A program made the translations under genes and the position numbers. 64,000 nt of DNA from an uncultured Bacillales bacterium (GTDB lineage: Bacteria; Bacillota_I; Bacilli_A; RFN20; CAG-288). The notes beneath the pieces were generated by a model, which saw nothing but the letters and a program-made list of their open reading frames with translations, searched no databases and was not told the origin of the DNA. Each line of letters begins with the position of its first letter. Position 1 is the first letter of the stretch. Positions 50,284 through 61,499 of this stretch are shown piece by piece. The stretch lies in contig CASEGJ010000003.1 of NCBI GenBank assembly GCA_949287425.1, positions 8,993 to 72,992 of the forward strand. Reading direction: 5' to 3'.

Positions 50284-51737
50284 AAAAATTCTTTAAGCAT
50301 TCTCTAGTTGCCTTAGGAGCCTTATTGTTTTTATTTATTATCACTGGTTGTACTAAATCGTTTTGTAATATTAACGATAGTGCGGTCTTATATGGTAGCT
50401 ATGAAGCTAAAAACCACGAAACAATTATTGAAACTGCAAAGAATAACAATTCTGTAATTCCAGAAGATGATTATTGGACTTTTATCGATAGTAAAGTCGA
50501 TGAAGTTTACAATCAAGTTATCAATAAGCAAAATACTGAAAGTTATACTTACATTCCGCAAAGTTATATCGATTCTCATTTGCAATATTTAGAAGCTTCT
50601 AATTCAAATCAAGACACTTCTAATTTAGTTAATGTTCCTACAATTAAATACATTATTAAGTTTACTGGTAATGATGCTAATGGAAATCAAGCTTTATGGG
50701 CTAACTTTGATTCTTGGACTGAAGAATATACTTCTTTAAATCCTTTAAAAGCTCCAACGCTTAATTTTATGAATTCTTATAAAAATCAAATTCAAACAGG
50801 TGTTGGTAATACAGTTACTTGTTTAACTCCTAATTCAGGATATTTCGGCATTAATAGAGATACTTATGTTCAAGGAAAGACCTGGGGAGAAGCTTTTAGT
50901 GAATATGGTTTCTTAGAAGGTTTATTAGTTTATCCTATCGGATGGTTAATTTATACATTTACCACTTTCTTTGGAACTAATGGTGCCGGTCAAATTTTAT
51001 CTATTTTCTTAGTTACATTAATTGTAAGATTAATAATCGTCTTACTTTCTATTGGTTCATATTCAACTCAAACTAAAATGGCTGAATTGCAACCTAAATT
51101 GCAAATGTTACAAGCAAAATATCCTAACAATCAAACTGATCAATATCAAAAGCAACAATTTGCTGCTGAGCAGATGAAACTATATAAGCAAAATAAAGTT
51201 CATCCATTTAGATCTATATTGATTTTAATTGTTCAGTTCCCTCTATTTATCTGTGTTTGGGGTGCTTTGCAAGGATCGGCAATTTTAACAACTGGTCAAG
51301 TTTTTAATTTACAATTATCTACTCCAATGCAAACAGCTATGTTTGCTGGAACAAGTGAAACTCCATTTGCTATCGTTTTATTTGTTATCTTAGCTTGTGT
51401 TCAATTTATCGCTTACTTATTACCTAACTGGATGCAAAGTTATAGAAGAAGTAAGATTGTCGGTGATAAAACAGTTCAAGTTGAACAAAATAACACAACT
51501 ATGACTATGATGAAATGGATGCCTTGGATTATGTGGGTTGTTATTGTCTTTATGTCGTTACAATTACCTGCTGCTATGTGCGTATATTGGTTAGTCGGTG
51601 CTTGGATTTCAATTTTACAGACTATTATTACCGAAATTGTTATGGCCTTTAAACGCGGTAGTAAAGGTAAGAAAAATAAAAAAGATAAATTTACTTCTTA
51701 TAAAAAGGTAGATAAGAAGCATATGAAAATAAGATAG
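50280..51737 (+). CDS. yidC: Membrane protein insertase YidC/Oxa1 with lipoprotein signal
   Basis: GTG start overlapping the rnpA stop; 'ITGC' lipobox; 'VTLIVRL', 'LQPKL', 'QFPLF', 'VYWLVG'. Confidence 0.92.
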   Translation: MKKFFKHSLVALGALLFLFIITGCTKSFCNINDSAVLYGSYEAKNHETIIETAKNNNSVIPEDDYWTFIDSKVDEVYNQVINKQNTESYTYIPQSYIDSHLQYLEASNSNQDTSNLVNVPTIKYIIKFTGNDANGNQALWANFDSWTEEYTSLNPLKAPTLNFMNSYKNQIQTGVGNTVTCLTPNSGYFGINRDTYVQGKTWGEAFSEYGFLEGLLVYPIGWLIYTFTTFFGTNGAGQILSIFLVTLIVRLIIVLLSIGSYSTQTKMAELQPKLQMLQAKYPNNQTDQYQKQQFAAEQMKLYKQNKVHPFRSILILIVQFPLFICVWGALQGSAILTTGQVFNLQLSTPMQTAMFAGTSETPFAIVLFVILACVQFIAYLLPNWMQSYRRSKIVGDKTVQVEQNNTTMTMMKWMPWIMWVVIVFMSLQLPAAMCVYWLVGAWISILQTIITEIVMAFKRGSKGKKNKKDKFTSYKKVDKKHMKIR

Positions 51738-51747
51738 GAGGATTAAA

Positions 51748-52416
51748 ATGAAAGAATACGAAGGTAAAAATCTCGATGAAGTATTAGCTAAAGCGAGTGA
51801 AGAGTTAAATCTTCCTATAGAAAAGTTAAATTATAAAGTTTTATCCGAAGTCAAAACTCTATTCAAGAAATATTGCAAGATTTCTGTATTAACTATAGAT
51901 GATGCTCCTGATTATGCATGTCAATATCTTGAAAATATTCTTAGCGCTTTAGAGTTAAATGCTGAAGTTTCTTCAATAGTTAAAGAAGGTATTATTCATG
52001 TAAATATGATTTCTGAAAATGATGCTTCTAAAATTATCGGTCGTGGTGGAGAAACTTTACAAGCTTTAAATGAATTAGTAAGAACAGCTGTTTATAATAA
52101 ATTTGATCAACATATTTCACTGATTGTTAATATCAATAATTACAAAGATCAAAAATATGATAAATTGACTAAACTTGCTAAAAGATTAGCTTATTCAGTT
52201 AAAAAAACTAAAATGACTATTGAATTAGATCCCATGCCATCTGATGAAAGAAGAATAATTCACAATGCTTTAGCTAATGATGAACGCATTCAAACAATAT
52301 CAGTTGGAGCCGGTAAATCTAGACATATTACAATTCAATATGTAAATATTCAATCTAAAGAAGATAAACCAAAGACTGAAGAAGGTAAAACTGATACTAA
52401 TCAAGATAAAGAATAA
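51748..52416 (+). CDS. jag: Jag/EloR (KhpB) RNA-binding protein
   Basis: Jag_N; KH 'IIGRGGETLQAL'; R3H 'ERRIIHNAL'. Confidence 0.93.
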   Translation: MKEYEGKNLDEVLAKASEELNLPIEKLNYKVLSEVKTLFKKYCKISVLTIDDAPDYACQYLENILSALELNAEVSSIVKEGIIHVNMISENDASKIIGRGGETLQALNELVRTAVYNKFDQHISLIVNINNYKDQKYDKLTKLAKRLAYSVKKTKMTIELDPMPSDERRIIHNALANDERIQTISVGAGKSRHITIQYVNIQSKEDKPKTEEGKTDTNQDKE

Positions 52417-52522
52417 AACCATAAAAGGCATTGAACACTTAATATTAAGAAAATCAATGTCTTTTTTATTTATGTCAAAATAATAAGTATTAATTATAGT
52501 GACAAAAATTGTATAATAAATA

Positions 52523-52723
52523 TTGGAAGGTAATAAATATAATTTAAAACATAAGTTTAACGTTGCTGAAATGTCAAAGAACAAAGATGTTTTAGATTAT
52601 TATAGCTTCGATTTTGATAAGGAGACTTACGGAATTAGAATTACAGTTACAACAAACCAGGTTAATTATGAAAAGAATAAAGGTAGAGTTGTTTTATCTG
52701 ATTTTGTAATTAGACATTCATGA
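52523..52723 (+). pseudogene. Short ORF, probably a C-terminal remnant of a larger gene
   Basis: TTG start without RBS; stop overlaps the next start (ATGA). Confidence 0.35.
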
Positions 52724-53199
52724 ATAAAAAAGAATTTAAGAAAACTATAGAATATATAGTAAGACTTAAAAAAGTAAAACCATATATATATATAATTATT
52801 GCTGCAAATCTTTTTTGGAATACTATTGGAATAACGTTATGTTTAATTAATTATAAAATAGATTCAACAAGATCAATAGCACTATTAATTAGCTTATTTA
52901 TAGTTGGTATATTTGTCTCGATTTTACCTTTAAAGCATCTTATATATTATTATCGACAAATAAGTCATTTATATAGTTATTTATCAAATGTGTATATTTT
53001 TGATTATAAGTTAAATCAACCGATAGAGACTACATATTTTACTTCTAGATATCTAATTTCTTTTGAATATGATGGTAAAAAATATGAGTTGTTAACTAGT
53101 CTTATAAACGATACATTTGATTTAGATAACAAAAAAGTAAAAGTTGGATTTATAAAAGAAACTAAAGAAGTTTTGATTTTAAGTAAAATTGATAATTAA
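52720..53199 (+). CDS. Hypothetical two-TM membrane protein
   Basis: 159-aa ORF with two hydrophobic helices and a C-terminal beta domain. Confidence 0.6.
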   Translation: MNKKEFKKTIEYIVRLKKVKPYIYIIIAANLFWNTIGITLCLINYKIDSTRSIALLISLFIVGIFVSILPLKHLIYYYRQISHLYSYLSNVYIFDYKLNQPIETTYFTSRYLISFEYDGKKYELLTSLINDTFDLDNKKVKVGFIKETKEVLILSKIDN

Positions 53200-53242
53200 A
53201 AAAGATAGAAAGTAATTATATAACAGAATGCTATAATTTTTT

Positions 53243-53251
53243 TGTGGATAA
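53243..53251 (-). promoter_or_regulatory. Isolated perfect DnaA box
   Basis: TGTGGATAA (TTATCCACA on the minus strand) in an intergenic region. Confidence 0.45.
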
Positions 53252-53409
53252 ATTGTTAAAATTAATTTAAATAACCTCATCTAAAAAGGTTTTTGATTGC
53301 TTTTAACTTTATTACAATGCAGTAATTTTTTTGATGTTTTAATCTTTTAATTCGTGTTTAGTCAAATTTTCAAGATAATTATATATTATAATATGACTTA
53401 GAAAATAAT

Positions 53410-53967
53410 ATGTTTAATTTATTAAATGAGACATCTATAAAAAGGTTAGTAAGTCCTAATAAGAGAATTAGAATGAGTTTAAGTTTAATCGTTATTATTT
53501 CGATTAATCTATTGATCGATATTTTTATTATGCTAGGGATTATATCTCATTATTTTTTCTTGTTAGCTGCGATATTGTTTTTCTGTATAAATGTTGTTCT
53601 AACAATTAGATTTTGTTATATCAATTATTTTTTTAACATTTTTAAAAAGAACGTTTATCAGTTACTTGTAATTCTAGCTCATATATTATTTATAGGTTTA
53701 GATATTCTTATTGTGTTTTTTAATTTCAAAATGAAAATTATTGATGGTGCTAAATATTTTAATTTTAATTTTGGAAATTATTTCTATCAATTATTTTTAC
53801 TATTTATTTTATATTATCTAATTCAATATTTTTTATATTTAAAACCAATGTATAAATTTATATATGTAAAATATAAATTAGAGGATTTTTGGTATTTAAA
53901 TCACTATGAAAAGTCTAATCTTACTAATAATGATATTGAGGATTTGATTGATAATTTAAAAATATAG
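53410..53967 (+). CDS. Hypothetical four-TM membrane protein
   Basis: 185-aa, very AT-rich, hydrophobic ORF. Confidence 0.55.
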   Translation: MFNLLNETSIKRLVSPNKRIRMSLSLIVIISINLLIDIFIMLGIISHYFFLLAAILFFCINVVLTIRFCYINYFFNIFKKNVYQLLVILAHILFIGLDILIVFFNFKMKIIDGAKYFNFNFGNYFYQLFLLFILYYLIQYFLYLKPMYKFIYVKYKLEDFWYLNHYEKSNLTNNDIEDLIDNLKI

Positions 53968-54114
53968 ATTAAATTTATATTGGTAGGTAATAATTTACAT
54001 GTAAAAAAACGTGCATATAACTATAATAAAATGTCTAGTTATTTCATTTTTAAATGTATAATTAATTTGTAAATAAAGATGTAAGTGTATGCAAAAGGTA
54101 TAGTAAATACTAAA

Positions 54115-55034
54115 ATGCTATGTTTAATGATCGGATTTATTGGAATTATTTCTATGTTTGTTCTTTTTTGATATGGAATTATCTATATTGATGTATATAA
54201 TTTAGAATTTGAAAGAGTAACTGGATATTATTTAGATGGATATAATATGATTTTTTAGATAATAGCGTTAGTTATTATACTCCGGGAGCTTTAGTTTGTT
54301 TTATCTTTTTAATAATTGCTAGTTTTTTATACCTTGTGTTTTTTATTTCTTATATATTTAAAAAAGAGGGTGGATTTACTACTTTTTTATCGGTATTAGG
54401 AATTATTACAAGTATAATTTCTATTATTGCATTTTTAATTAACACAAATGATTTAAGTAAAAATTTCTTAACTTATGCTGAAGAAAATGGACTTAATTTT
54501 AAAGTACATAGTAATTTTGTCGCTGAATTATTTGCTGTTTTTGAATATATAGGAATTATTTATGGATTTATTATCGCTATATATGCGACTAAATTCAAAA
54601 ATGCTGATTTAAGTGAATATATATCGATAACTAGATCTCGACAAATGAGTTGTAAAAAACTTTTTTCTAGATTAACTTGGATAGGATTATTTATTTATGC
54701 TGGTCCAATTTTAATTATTTTATTAATTATTGCTATAGCAATGTTATTTACAAGTCCGTCAATTGCTACATCCAATAATAATTCTAATAAAAAGCAAGAA
54801 AAAAATAGATATGAAACAATCAATGGTAAAAGATATTATATTAGCGGTGAAAAAATTTTCACTGAAGATGGGTTTTATCAAGTGGGTCGGGTTATGTCTG
54901 ATGGACAATATATTATATCTGATGATGAGATAGAATATCATAATGAAGAAAAAGATAAAGATGTGTTAAAAGATAAAATTGAAGATAAAAGTAAAGAAAC
55001 ACCAAAATCTAACAAGCATATAATAGGTGATTAA
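54115..55034 (+). pseudogene. Membrane protein gene with a disrupted 5' end
   Basis: Frame from ATG 54115 contains TGA (54169-54171), then needs a frameshift near 54243-54250 to join YDFLDNSVSYYTPGALVCFIF..., which runs into ORF 54336..55034. Confidence 0.5.
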
Positions 55035-55117
55035 TTTATAAAATCAGTTATTAGTTAGCTAAATAAACATAATGTGTAAATAAAAGTAAAATAACATATA
55101 ATATTTACGGTGATTAT

Positions 55118-56461
55118 ATGATTTTATTGGATACTATTGTTAGTGAAGCTACCCCACCTTTAAAAGGGGCTATATCGATAATTAGAATGTCAGGAAAACT
55201 ATCTTTTGATATTCTTTCAAAGATGGTAGATAAAGATATAAATTCTTTAAAACCAAGATATATGTACTATGCTTCTATCTATCAAGATAAGGATGATAAA
55301 TCTAGTTTGATAGATAAATCTATGTTTGTAATTTTTAAAGGTAAAAATTCTTATACTGGTGAAGATAGTGTTGAGTTTTATGTTCATGGTTCAAGAATAA
55401 TTGTTTCTCAAATTGTTCAAGCTTGCTGTAAATATGGAGCTAGACAAGCTCTAGGAGGAGAATTTACTCAGAAAGCTTTTTATAATGGAAAGATGGATTT
55501 AGCTGAAGCGGAAGCAGTTAATCAATTAATTAACGCTCAAACTCTTAGAAGTAAGAATTTCGCTTTAAAGACATTAGAAGGAACGTCATCAAAATACATT
55601 CAGAAAATGAAAGAAAAAATCAATATGATTGAAGCTGAAATTGAAGTGAATATCGATTATCCTGAATATGATGATGAAGACGAATTGATTGAAAAGGTAA
55701 GTAAACTAGTTCCTGAATTAATTAATCAAGCTAAGAAGTTAGTAAAAGATTCTAAACAGACAATCTATCTTTTTAACGGAGTTAATATCGCTATTATTGG
55801 AGAACCAAATGTCGGTAAATCTACTTTATTAAATAAAATATTAGGAAAAGATAAAGCTATTGTTACTAACATTCCAGGAACTACTAGAGATGTCGTTGAA
55901 GGCGAAAAAGAAGTTGAGGGTATCTTATATCATTTTTATGATACAGCTGGAATTAGATCTGCAGATGATCAAATTGAACAAATTGGAATTGAAAAGTCAT
56001 ATGAGATAGCAAAGCAAGCTGATATTATTTTGGTTTTATCTGATAAAAAAGATTTCCAAAATGAAATCAAAACTTTAGGAATTTCTGAAATTATTAAAGA
56101 TAAACCATCGCTTTTTATTTCAACTAAAAAAGATCTTTTTGGTGAAGATAAGCAAGCTGATATATCGATTTCTAAAGATGATGAAAATTTAGTCGATTTA
56201 TTTAACTTAATTAATAAAAAACTCGATATCACTTCTAAAGAAGATGAGGGTTTTTCTTCTCAAAGAGAGATAGATATCTTGAACAAGTTTGTTGAAGAAC
56301 TAGAATCTATTTTAATTGATATAAAATTAGGAATGAAAATTGATATTGTTGAAATCAAATTAGTAGAAGCTTCTAGTTTATTAGATTCGCTTCTTAGTGT
56401 AGAATCAACAATGGAAGATATCTATCAAACGATATTTAAACATTTTTGTGTAGGGAAATAA
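55118..56461 (+). CDS. mnmE: tRNA modification GTPase MnmE/TrmE
   Basis: 'SYTGED', '[14 protein letters not shown]', 'GEPNVGKS', 'GTTRD', 'DTAG', C-terminal 'FCVGK'. Confidence 0.97.
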   Translation: MILLDTIVSEATPPLKGAISIIRMSGKLSFDILSKMVDKDINSLKPRYMYYASIYQDKDDKSSLIDKSMFVIFKGKNSYTGEDSVEFYVHGSRIIVSQIVQACCKYGARQALGGEFTQKAFYNGKMDLAEAEAVNQLINAQTLRSKNFALKTLEGTSSKYIQKMKEKINMIEAEIEVNIDYPEYDDEDELIEKVSKLVPELINQAKKLVKDSKQTIYLFNGVNIAIIGEPNVGKSTLLNKILGKDKAIVTNIPGTTRDVVEGEKEVEGILYHFYDTAGIRSADDQIEQIGIEKSYEIAKQADIILVLSDKKDFQNEIKTLGISEIIKDKPSLFISTKKDLFGEDKQADISISKDDENLVDLFNLINKKLDITSKEDEGFSSQREIDILNKFVEELESILIDIKLGMKIDIVEIKLVEASSLLDSLLSVESTMEDIYQTIFKHFCVGK

Positions 56462-56465
56462 TAAA

Positions 56466-57254
56466 ATGAAATTAATTGATACTCATACTCATTTAAATGC
56501 TTCTCAGCTTTTTGAAAATAGAAAAGAGTTGATTTTAAATGCTAAAAAAGCAGGAGTCTGTAAAATAATTAATAACGGGGATACCTTTGAATCTTTTAAA
56601 AACATAAATATTCTTTCTAATGAATATCCTGATTTTTGTTATTCCGCTTTAGGTATTTTTCCAAATGAAGATTACTCTGATTTAGATGAAATTATTTCTC
56701 GATTGGAAAAAGAAATTAAAGCTAGTAAAAACGTCATCGCTATTGGTGAGATTGGTCTAGATTATCATTATTCAAATTCTTTAGAAACTAAAACAAAACA
56801 AAAGGCTTTGTTTTTAGCTCAAATCAAATTAGCAGAAAAATTAAATTTACCAATTATTGTTCATTCTCGCGATGCGGAAGCTGATACTTTTAATACTCTT
56901 ATTGACTCTAAATTTAAAGGCAATATTACATTGCATTGTTATTCAGCTTCTTTTCAAATGGCGTTAAGATATTTAAGACATCATAAAAACACGTATTTTG
57001 GAATTGGAGGTGTTTTAACATTTAAAAACGCTAGAAAATTAGTAGAAGTGGTTGAAAGAGTTCCTTATGATCATTTTTTGTTAGAAACTGATGCTCCATA
57101 TTTAGCTCCAACTCCATATAGAGGGAAGTTAAATCAGCCGGCATATTTAATTAAAACTTTAGAAAAGATGGCTGAATTATTAAAAATGGATATCGATCAA
57201 TTAGCTGAACAAATATATAAAAAATCGTGTGAGGTGTATGATTTACCATGTTAA
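56466..57254 (+). CDS. tatD: TatD-family DNase
   Basis: 'IDTHTHL', 'IGEIGLDY', 'HSRDA', 'LETDAPY'. Confidence 0.95.
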   Translation: MKLIDTHTHLNASQLFENRKELILNAKKAGVCKIINNGDTFESFKNINILSNEYPDFCYSALGIFPNEDYSDLDEIISRLEKEIKASKNVIAIGEIGLDYHYSNSLETKTKQKALFLAQIKLAEKLNLPIIVHSRDAEADTFNTLIDSKFKGNITLHCYSASFQMALRYLRHHKNTYFGIGGVLTFKNARKLVEVVERVPYDHFLLETDAPYLAPTPYRGKLNQPAYLIKTLEKMAELLKMDIDQLAEQIYKKSCEVYDLPC

Positions 57255-57778
57255 ATTTATATGTTGTTGAAGGGCAATACGATTTAGATAAATTGAAATC
57301 TTTAGGGTGTAAATATATTTATAAAATAAATGGTTTAAATAGAATTAACCAAATAAAGATAGAATTTTTAAAACAAGTAGAAAAAGTTAGAAAGATCGTT
57401 TTAGTTTTAGATCCAGATACTCCGGGTAAATATCTTTTACAAATATTAAAAAAAGCATTAAATAAACCTTATGTAGTTGTTCTCAATCAAAAATATTCTA
57501 AAAAACACGGTAAAATAGGAGTAGCAGAAACTAAGGTAGATTATTTAAAAAGCAAGTTAGAAGCATATATAAATTACGACAAAAAGGATTTAGAACAAGA
57601 AAGCATTTCTAAACAAGAACTTGTGGATTTAAATTTAAATGAAGAGCAAAAAAGTTATCTTCATCAAAAATATCACATTAACACATTAAATTTTAATGAA
57701 TTTTATTATAGTTTGTTGTTTTTAAATTTAAATAAAGAACAAATAAAAGGAGAATTAGATAATGAATTTAATAGATAG
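57248..57778 (+). CDS. rnmV: Ribonuclease M5 (Toprim)
   Basis: 'VVEGQYD', 'LDPDTPG', 'KIGVAET'; canonical position between tatD and rsmA. Confidence 0.8.
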   Translation: MLNLYVVEGQYDLDKLKSLGCKYIYKINGLNRINQIKIEFLKQVEKVRKIVLVLDPDTPGKYLLQILKKALNKPYVVVLNQKYSKKHGKIGVAETKVDYLKSKLEAYINYDKKDLEQESISKQELVDLNLNEEQKSYLHQKYHINTLNFNEFYYSLLFLNLNKEQIKGELDNEFNR

Positions 57779-58562
57779 AACTATATCTTTTATGAATAAA
57801 TATGGAGTTGCAGCTCAAAAGAGATTTTCCCAGAATTTTTTAGTTGATGAAAAAGCGTTGAAAACTATTATAAACACTATAGATTTTAATAATATTGATC
57901 AAGTTGTCGAGATAGGATCAGGTTTAGGTTCATTGACTTTTGAATTAGTTAAAAAAGCTAAAAAATTAACATCTATTGAATTTGATAACGATATGATTAA
58001 AGTTTTATCTAACGAATTAAAACAAGATAATTTCACTTTAATTCAAAATGATTTTTTAAAGGAAGATTTAAGCAAATATCAAGAGGGAAATCTCGCTTAT
58101 ATTGGTAATTTGCCTTATCAGATAACTAGAGATTTAATCAAAAAGATTTGCACTAGTTCTTATTTTTCATATTTTGGGTTTATGGTTCAAAAAGATTTAG
58201 CAGATGAACTTTTTTATAAAGTAAATAAATCTACTAATAACTTATATTCTGCTTTTTTAGCAGTGATTGGAAATTTATATAGAGCATGTGATTTATTACC
58301 CAAATCTTTTTATCCATCTCCAAAAGTCGATTCTACTTTTTTATATTTAATGCCAACAGATTTAAAATATGCTAATTTGAAGACATTTAAAGTGTTAGAT
58401 GCTATGTTTAAAAACTCAAAAAAGACTCTTTTTAACAATTTAAAGCATTCTAATTTAAAAGAGGACGGACATATGTTTGAAACTTTAAATCTTTCTAAAG
58501 AGATTAGAGCACATCAATTAGATGTTAACTTAATAAAAAATATTGTAGATTATTATTTGTAA
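57762..58562 (+). CDS. rsmA: 16S rRNA dimethyladenosine transferase KsgA
   Basis: 'FSQNFL', 'EIGSGLGSLT', 'GNLPYQIT', 'MVQK', 'FYPSPKVDS'. Confidence 0.95.
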   Translation: MNLIDRTISFMNKYGVAAQKRFSQNFLVDEKALKTIINTIDFNNIDQVVEIGSGLGSLTFELVKKAKKLTSIEFDNDMIKVLSNELKQDNFTLIQNDFLKEDLSKYQEGNLAYIGNLPYQITRDLIKKICTSSYFSYFGFMVQKDLADELFYKVNKSTNNLYSAFLAVIGNLYRACDLLPKSFYPSPKVDSTFLYLMPTDLKYANLKTFKVLDAMFKNSKKTLFNNLKHSNLKEDGHMFETLNLSKEIRAHQLDVNLIKNIVDYYL

Positions 58563-58579
58563 TAGTTAAAGGGGAAAAT

Positions 58580-59449
58580 ATGTATAAAGTAGTTAAAGCA
58601 CACGCTAAAATTAATCTCGCTATTAATGTTTTAGATAAAAGAGATGATGGATATCACAATATAGATCTTGTTTCTTTACCACTAGAACTTCACGATAATA
58701 TTGAATTTGAAGCTTATCCTAAAAAATATGGAACTTATGTTACTTGTGATGATGCTAGTATAATTTGCGATGAGTCTAATTTGGTTTATAAAGCGTATAG
58801 ATTGATGAAACACGAATTTGGATTTGATTCAGGAATGAGAATTAAAATTTATAAAAACATTCCTATTGAAGCAGGTTTAGGTGGTGGTTCAGCTGATGCT
58901 GGAGCTATTATTAATGGAATTTGTAATGAATATAAATTAGATGTTAGCAATCAAAAGAAAATTGATTTAGGTATTCAAATAGGCTCTGATGTTCCATATT
59001 GTATTTTTAATAAGCCTGCTAGAGTCCAATCTAGAGGGGAAAAATTAACATTTATCAACGTTAAAAAGAATTATTACGTTTTGTTAGTTCAACCTAATCA
59101 AGGATTATCGACTAAAGGTGTTTATGAAGTCTCAGATAAATTAGAAAAGAAGTTTTCTAATGTTGACGAATTGGTTAAAGGTCTTGAATTAGGTGATGAT
59201 GCTTTAATTGAAAAAAATATGGTTAATGGTTTACAAAATGCCGCTATATATATCCTACCTGAAATTCAAAATATCATTGATAAATTGCACGCTTTAAACT
59301 TCAAGAAAGTTATGATGTCAGGTTCGGGTTCAAGTGTTTTTGCTTTAAGTGAAGATTTTAATAAGATTAAAAAAGCAGCTAAAGAGTTTGATGAAACTTT
59401 ATTTTCTATCTGGATTACTAAAACTATTTGTCCAATTAACAAAAAATAA
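58580..59449 (+). CDS. ispE: 4-diphosphocytidyl-2-C-methyl-D-erythritol kinase
   Basis: 'AKINL', 'KRDDGYH', 'IPIEAGLGGGSADA', 'GSDVP', 'MSGSGS'. Confidence 0.95.
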   Translation: MYKVVKAHAKINLAINVLDKRDDGYHNIDLVSLPLELHDNIEFEAYPKKYGTYVTCDDASIICDESNLVYKAYRLMKHEFGFDSGMRIKIYKNIPIEAGLGGGSADAGAIINGICNEYKLDVSNQKKIDLGIQIGSDVPYCIFNKPARVQSRGEKLTFINVKKNYYVLLVQPNQGLSTKGVYEVSDKLEKKFSNVDELVKGLELGDDALIEKNMVNGLQNAAIYILPEIQNIIDKLHALNFKKVMMSGSGSSVFALSEDFNKIKKAAKEFDETLFSIWITKTICPINKK

Positions 59450-59578
59450 GACATCTATATGTTAGAAAGCGCTTACTTAAACCTAGTTAAACGTATTTTC
59501 TTTATACAAAAAATAAATAATGGTATTATATAAATGAATTTTGATGTTTTTATTTTTAATTAAAAGGAGACAAAAAAC

Positions 59579-60589
59579 ATGTTAGATAATGCCATTCTTT
59601 TTTCGTTAGAAGCTACCCCTGATTTAGCTAAAGCTATCGCTGATAGGCTTCATCTTAGATTAGGGCAACGTTCAATTAGAAGGTTTCCTTCTGGTGAAAT
59701 TATTTGTGAGCCAAGCGAATCAGTAAGAGGAAAGGATGTTTATATCATTCAATCTACTTGCCCGCCAGTTAACGAAAATTTAATGGAATTGTTGATTTTT
59801 GTCGACGCTTGTAAAAGAGCTTCTGCTGAACATATAAACGTTATTATCCCTTATTTTGGTTATGCTAGACAAGATAGAAAAGCTAAACCTAGACAACCAA
59901 TTACAGCAAGTTTAGTCGCTAACTTATTAGATACTGCCGGTGTTAATAGAGTAATGACAGTCAATCTTCACGCCTCTCAAATTCAAGGCTTTTTTAGATG
60001 CTTAGTTGATGATTTAACCGCTGTTAATCTACTTGGTTATTATATAATGTCAACTCAAAAAGATCTTTCTAATATTACTGTTGTTTCTCCTGATCATGGT
60101 GGAGTTGAAAGAGCGAGAAATATCGCTGAATTATTTAATGCTCCTATTGCTATTATCGATAAAAGAAGAAACAACAATCTCGAACCTGAAGTAATGACAA
60201 TTATCGGTGAAGTTAAAGGTAGAGATTGCGTTATGATTGACGATATGATTGATACAGCTAAATCCGCTTGTAATGGAGCTAGAGCATTAAAAGCTGCTGG
60301 TGCTAAATCAGTAAGAATTGCTGCGGTTCACGGTGTATTTTCTGATCCAGCATATGAATTATTATCTCAACATGTTTTTGATGAGATTGTCGTTACTGAT
60401 TCAATTCCTCTTTCTGAAAAGATGGCTAGCGTTGAAGGAATTAAAGTTATTTCTTTAGCTCCTATGATCGCTTCAGTTATTCAAAGAATTACTTCTCATA
60501 TTCCTTTAACAACTGTTTATGATGCCTATGCTAATTCAGAAATTAAAAACGTTGAAATAGTTACTACTTCTCATACTCAAAAGAAATAG
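59579..60589 (+). CDS. prs: Ribose-phosphate pyrophosphokinase
   Basis: 'PYFGYARQDRK', 'HASQIQGFF', 'SPDHGG', 'DDMIDTA'. Confidence 0.97.
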   Translation: MLDNAILFSLEATPDLAKAIADRLHLRLGQRSIRRFPSGEIICEPSESVRGKDVYIIQSTCPPVNENLMELLIFVDACKRASAEHINVIIPYFGYARQDRKAKPRQPITASLVANLLDTAGVNRVMTVNLHASQIQGFFRCLVDDLTAVNLLGYYIMSTQKDLSNITVVSPDHGGVERARNIAELFNAPIAIIDKRRNNNLEPEVMTIIGEVKGRDCVMIDDMIDTAKSACNGARALKAAGAKSVRIAAVHGVFSDPAYELLSQHVFDEIVVTDSIPLSEKMASVEGIKVISLAPMIASVIQRITSHIPLTTVYDAYANSEIKNVEIVTTSHTQKK

Positions 60590-60599
60590 AAGGTATATT

Positions 60600-61445
60600 A
60601 TGGAAGAAATAAATCATACAATTGAAGGTAAGATTGAATTTCTACATATTCCTAGTGAACATTTTTTGTTAAATAAAAATAGATTAATTAGAGTTTTTAT
60701 TCCAAAAATATATTTTCGTCGTAGTAAAAAACCATATAAGGTAATATATATGTTTGATGGACAAAATCTTTTTGATGAAGCGACAGCTTATTTTCATAAA
60801 GAATGGCAAATAGATGAAACTGTTTCTTATTATGAAGAAATAGGAATTAGACCATGTATAGTTGTTGGAATAGATTATTCTAACGATAGATTAAGTGAGC
60901 TTTTACCTAGATTTTCCAATATAGCGATAGCTGATTTAGCTTATAAAGGGGATAATACATTAAATTATTTAGTAAAAAAGGTAATTCCTGTAATTGAAAA
61001 AAGATATAACGTTTCTAAAAAAAGGGAAGATAGATATCTAATCGGTTCTTCTATGGGTGGATTAATGGCTTTACAAGGTGGAATTTTATATCCGGATGTT
61101 TTTAAAAATATCGGCGCATTTTCTCCAGCCTTTCCTATTTTTAGATATGGTTTATATGAACAACCTCCCGCAAAAGATTGTTTAAATAACGATGATGCTT
61201 TTAAATATGTTCTTGATAAATATACCCAAAAAGATATGATAGATAGATTTAAAATCGCTATGTGTGCTGGTGGAAAAGGCATTGAAAAAAGATATTATCG
61301 CTATGTTAATATCTTTAAAAAAGAGATGTTAAATTTTAAATGGAATCCATCTAATCTTTTTATTCAAGTTAACAAAAAATATTCTCACGATGAATATCAG
61401 TGGGCTGAATTTTTTAAAAAAGCTTATCTTTTCTTTTTAAAATAA
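60600..61445 (+). CDS. Alpha/beta-hydrolase-fold esterase
   Basis: 'VIYMFDGQNLFD', nucleophile 'GSSMGG', 'HDEYQW'. Confidence 0.85.
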   Translation: MEEINHTIEGKIEFLHIPSEHFLLNKNRLIRVFIPKIYFRRSKKPYKVIYMFDGQNLFDEATAYFHKEWQIDETVSYYEEIGIRPCIVVGIDYSNDRLSELLPRFSNIAIADLAYKGDNTLNYLVKKVIPVIEKRYNVSKKREDRYLIGSSMGGLMALQGGILYPDVFKNIGAFSPAFPIFRYGLYEQPPAKDCLNNDDAFKYVLDKYTQKDMIDRFKIAMCAGGKGIEKRYYRYVNIFKKEMLNFKWNPSNLFIQVNKKYSHDEYQWAEFFKKAYLFFLK

Positions 61446-61499
61446 AAAAAGCCAGCAATCTTGCTAGCGAATTTATATAAACTAATCTAATCCTCAAAT

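Noticed and set aside
59464..59477. cre/LacI-type palindrome AGAAAGCGCTTACT upstream of prs
   Set aside because: Both terminal bases deviate from the cre consensus and it is a single instance; too weak to call
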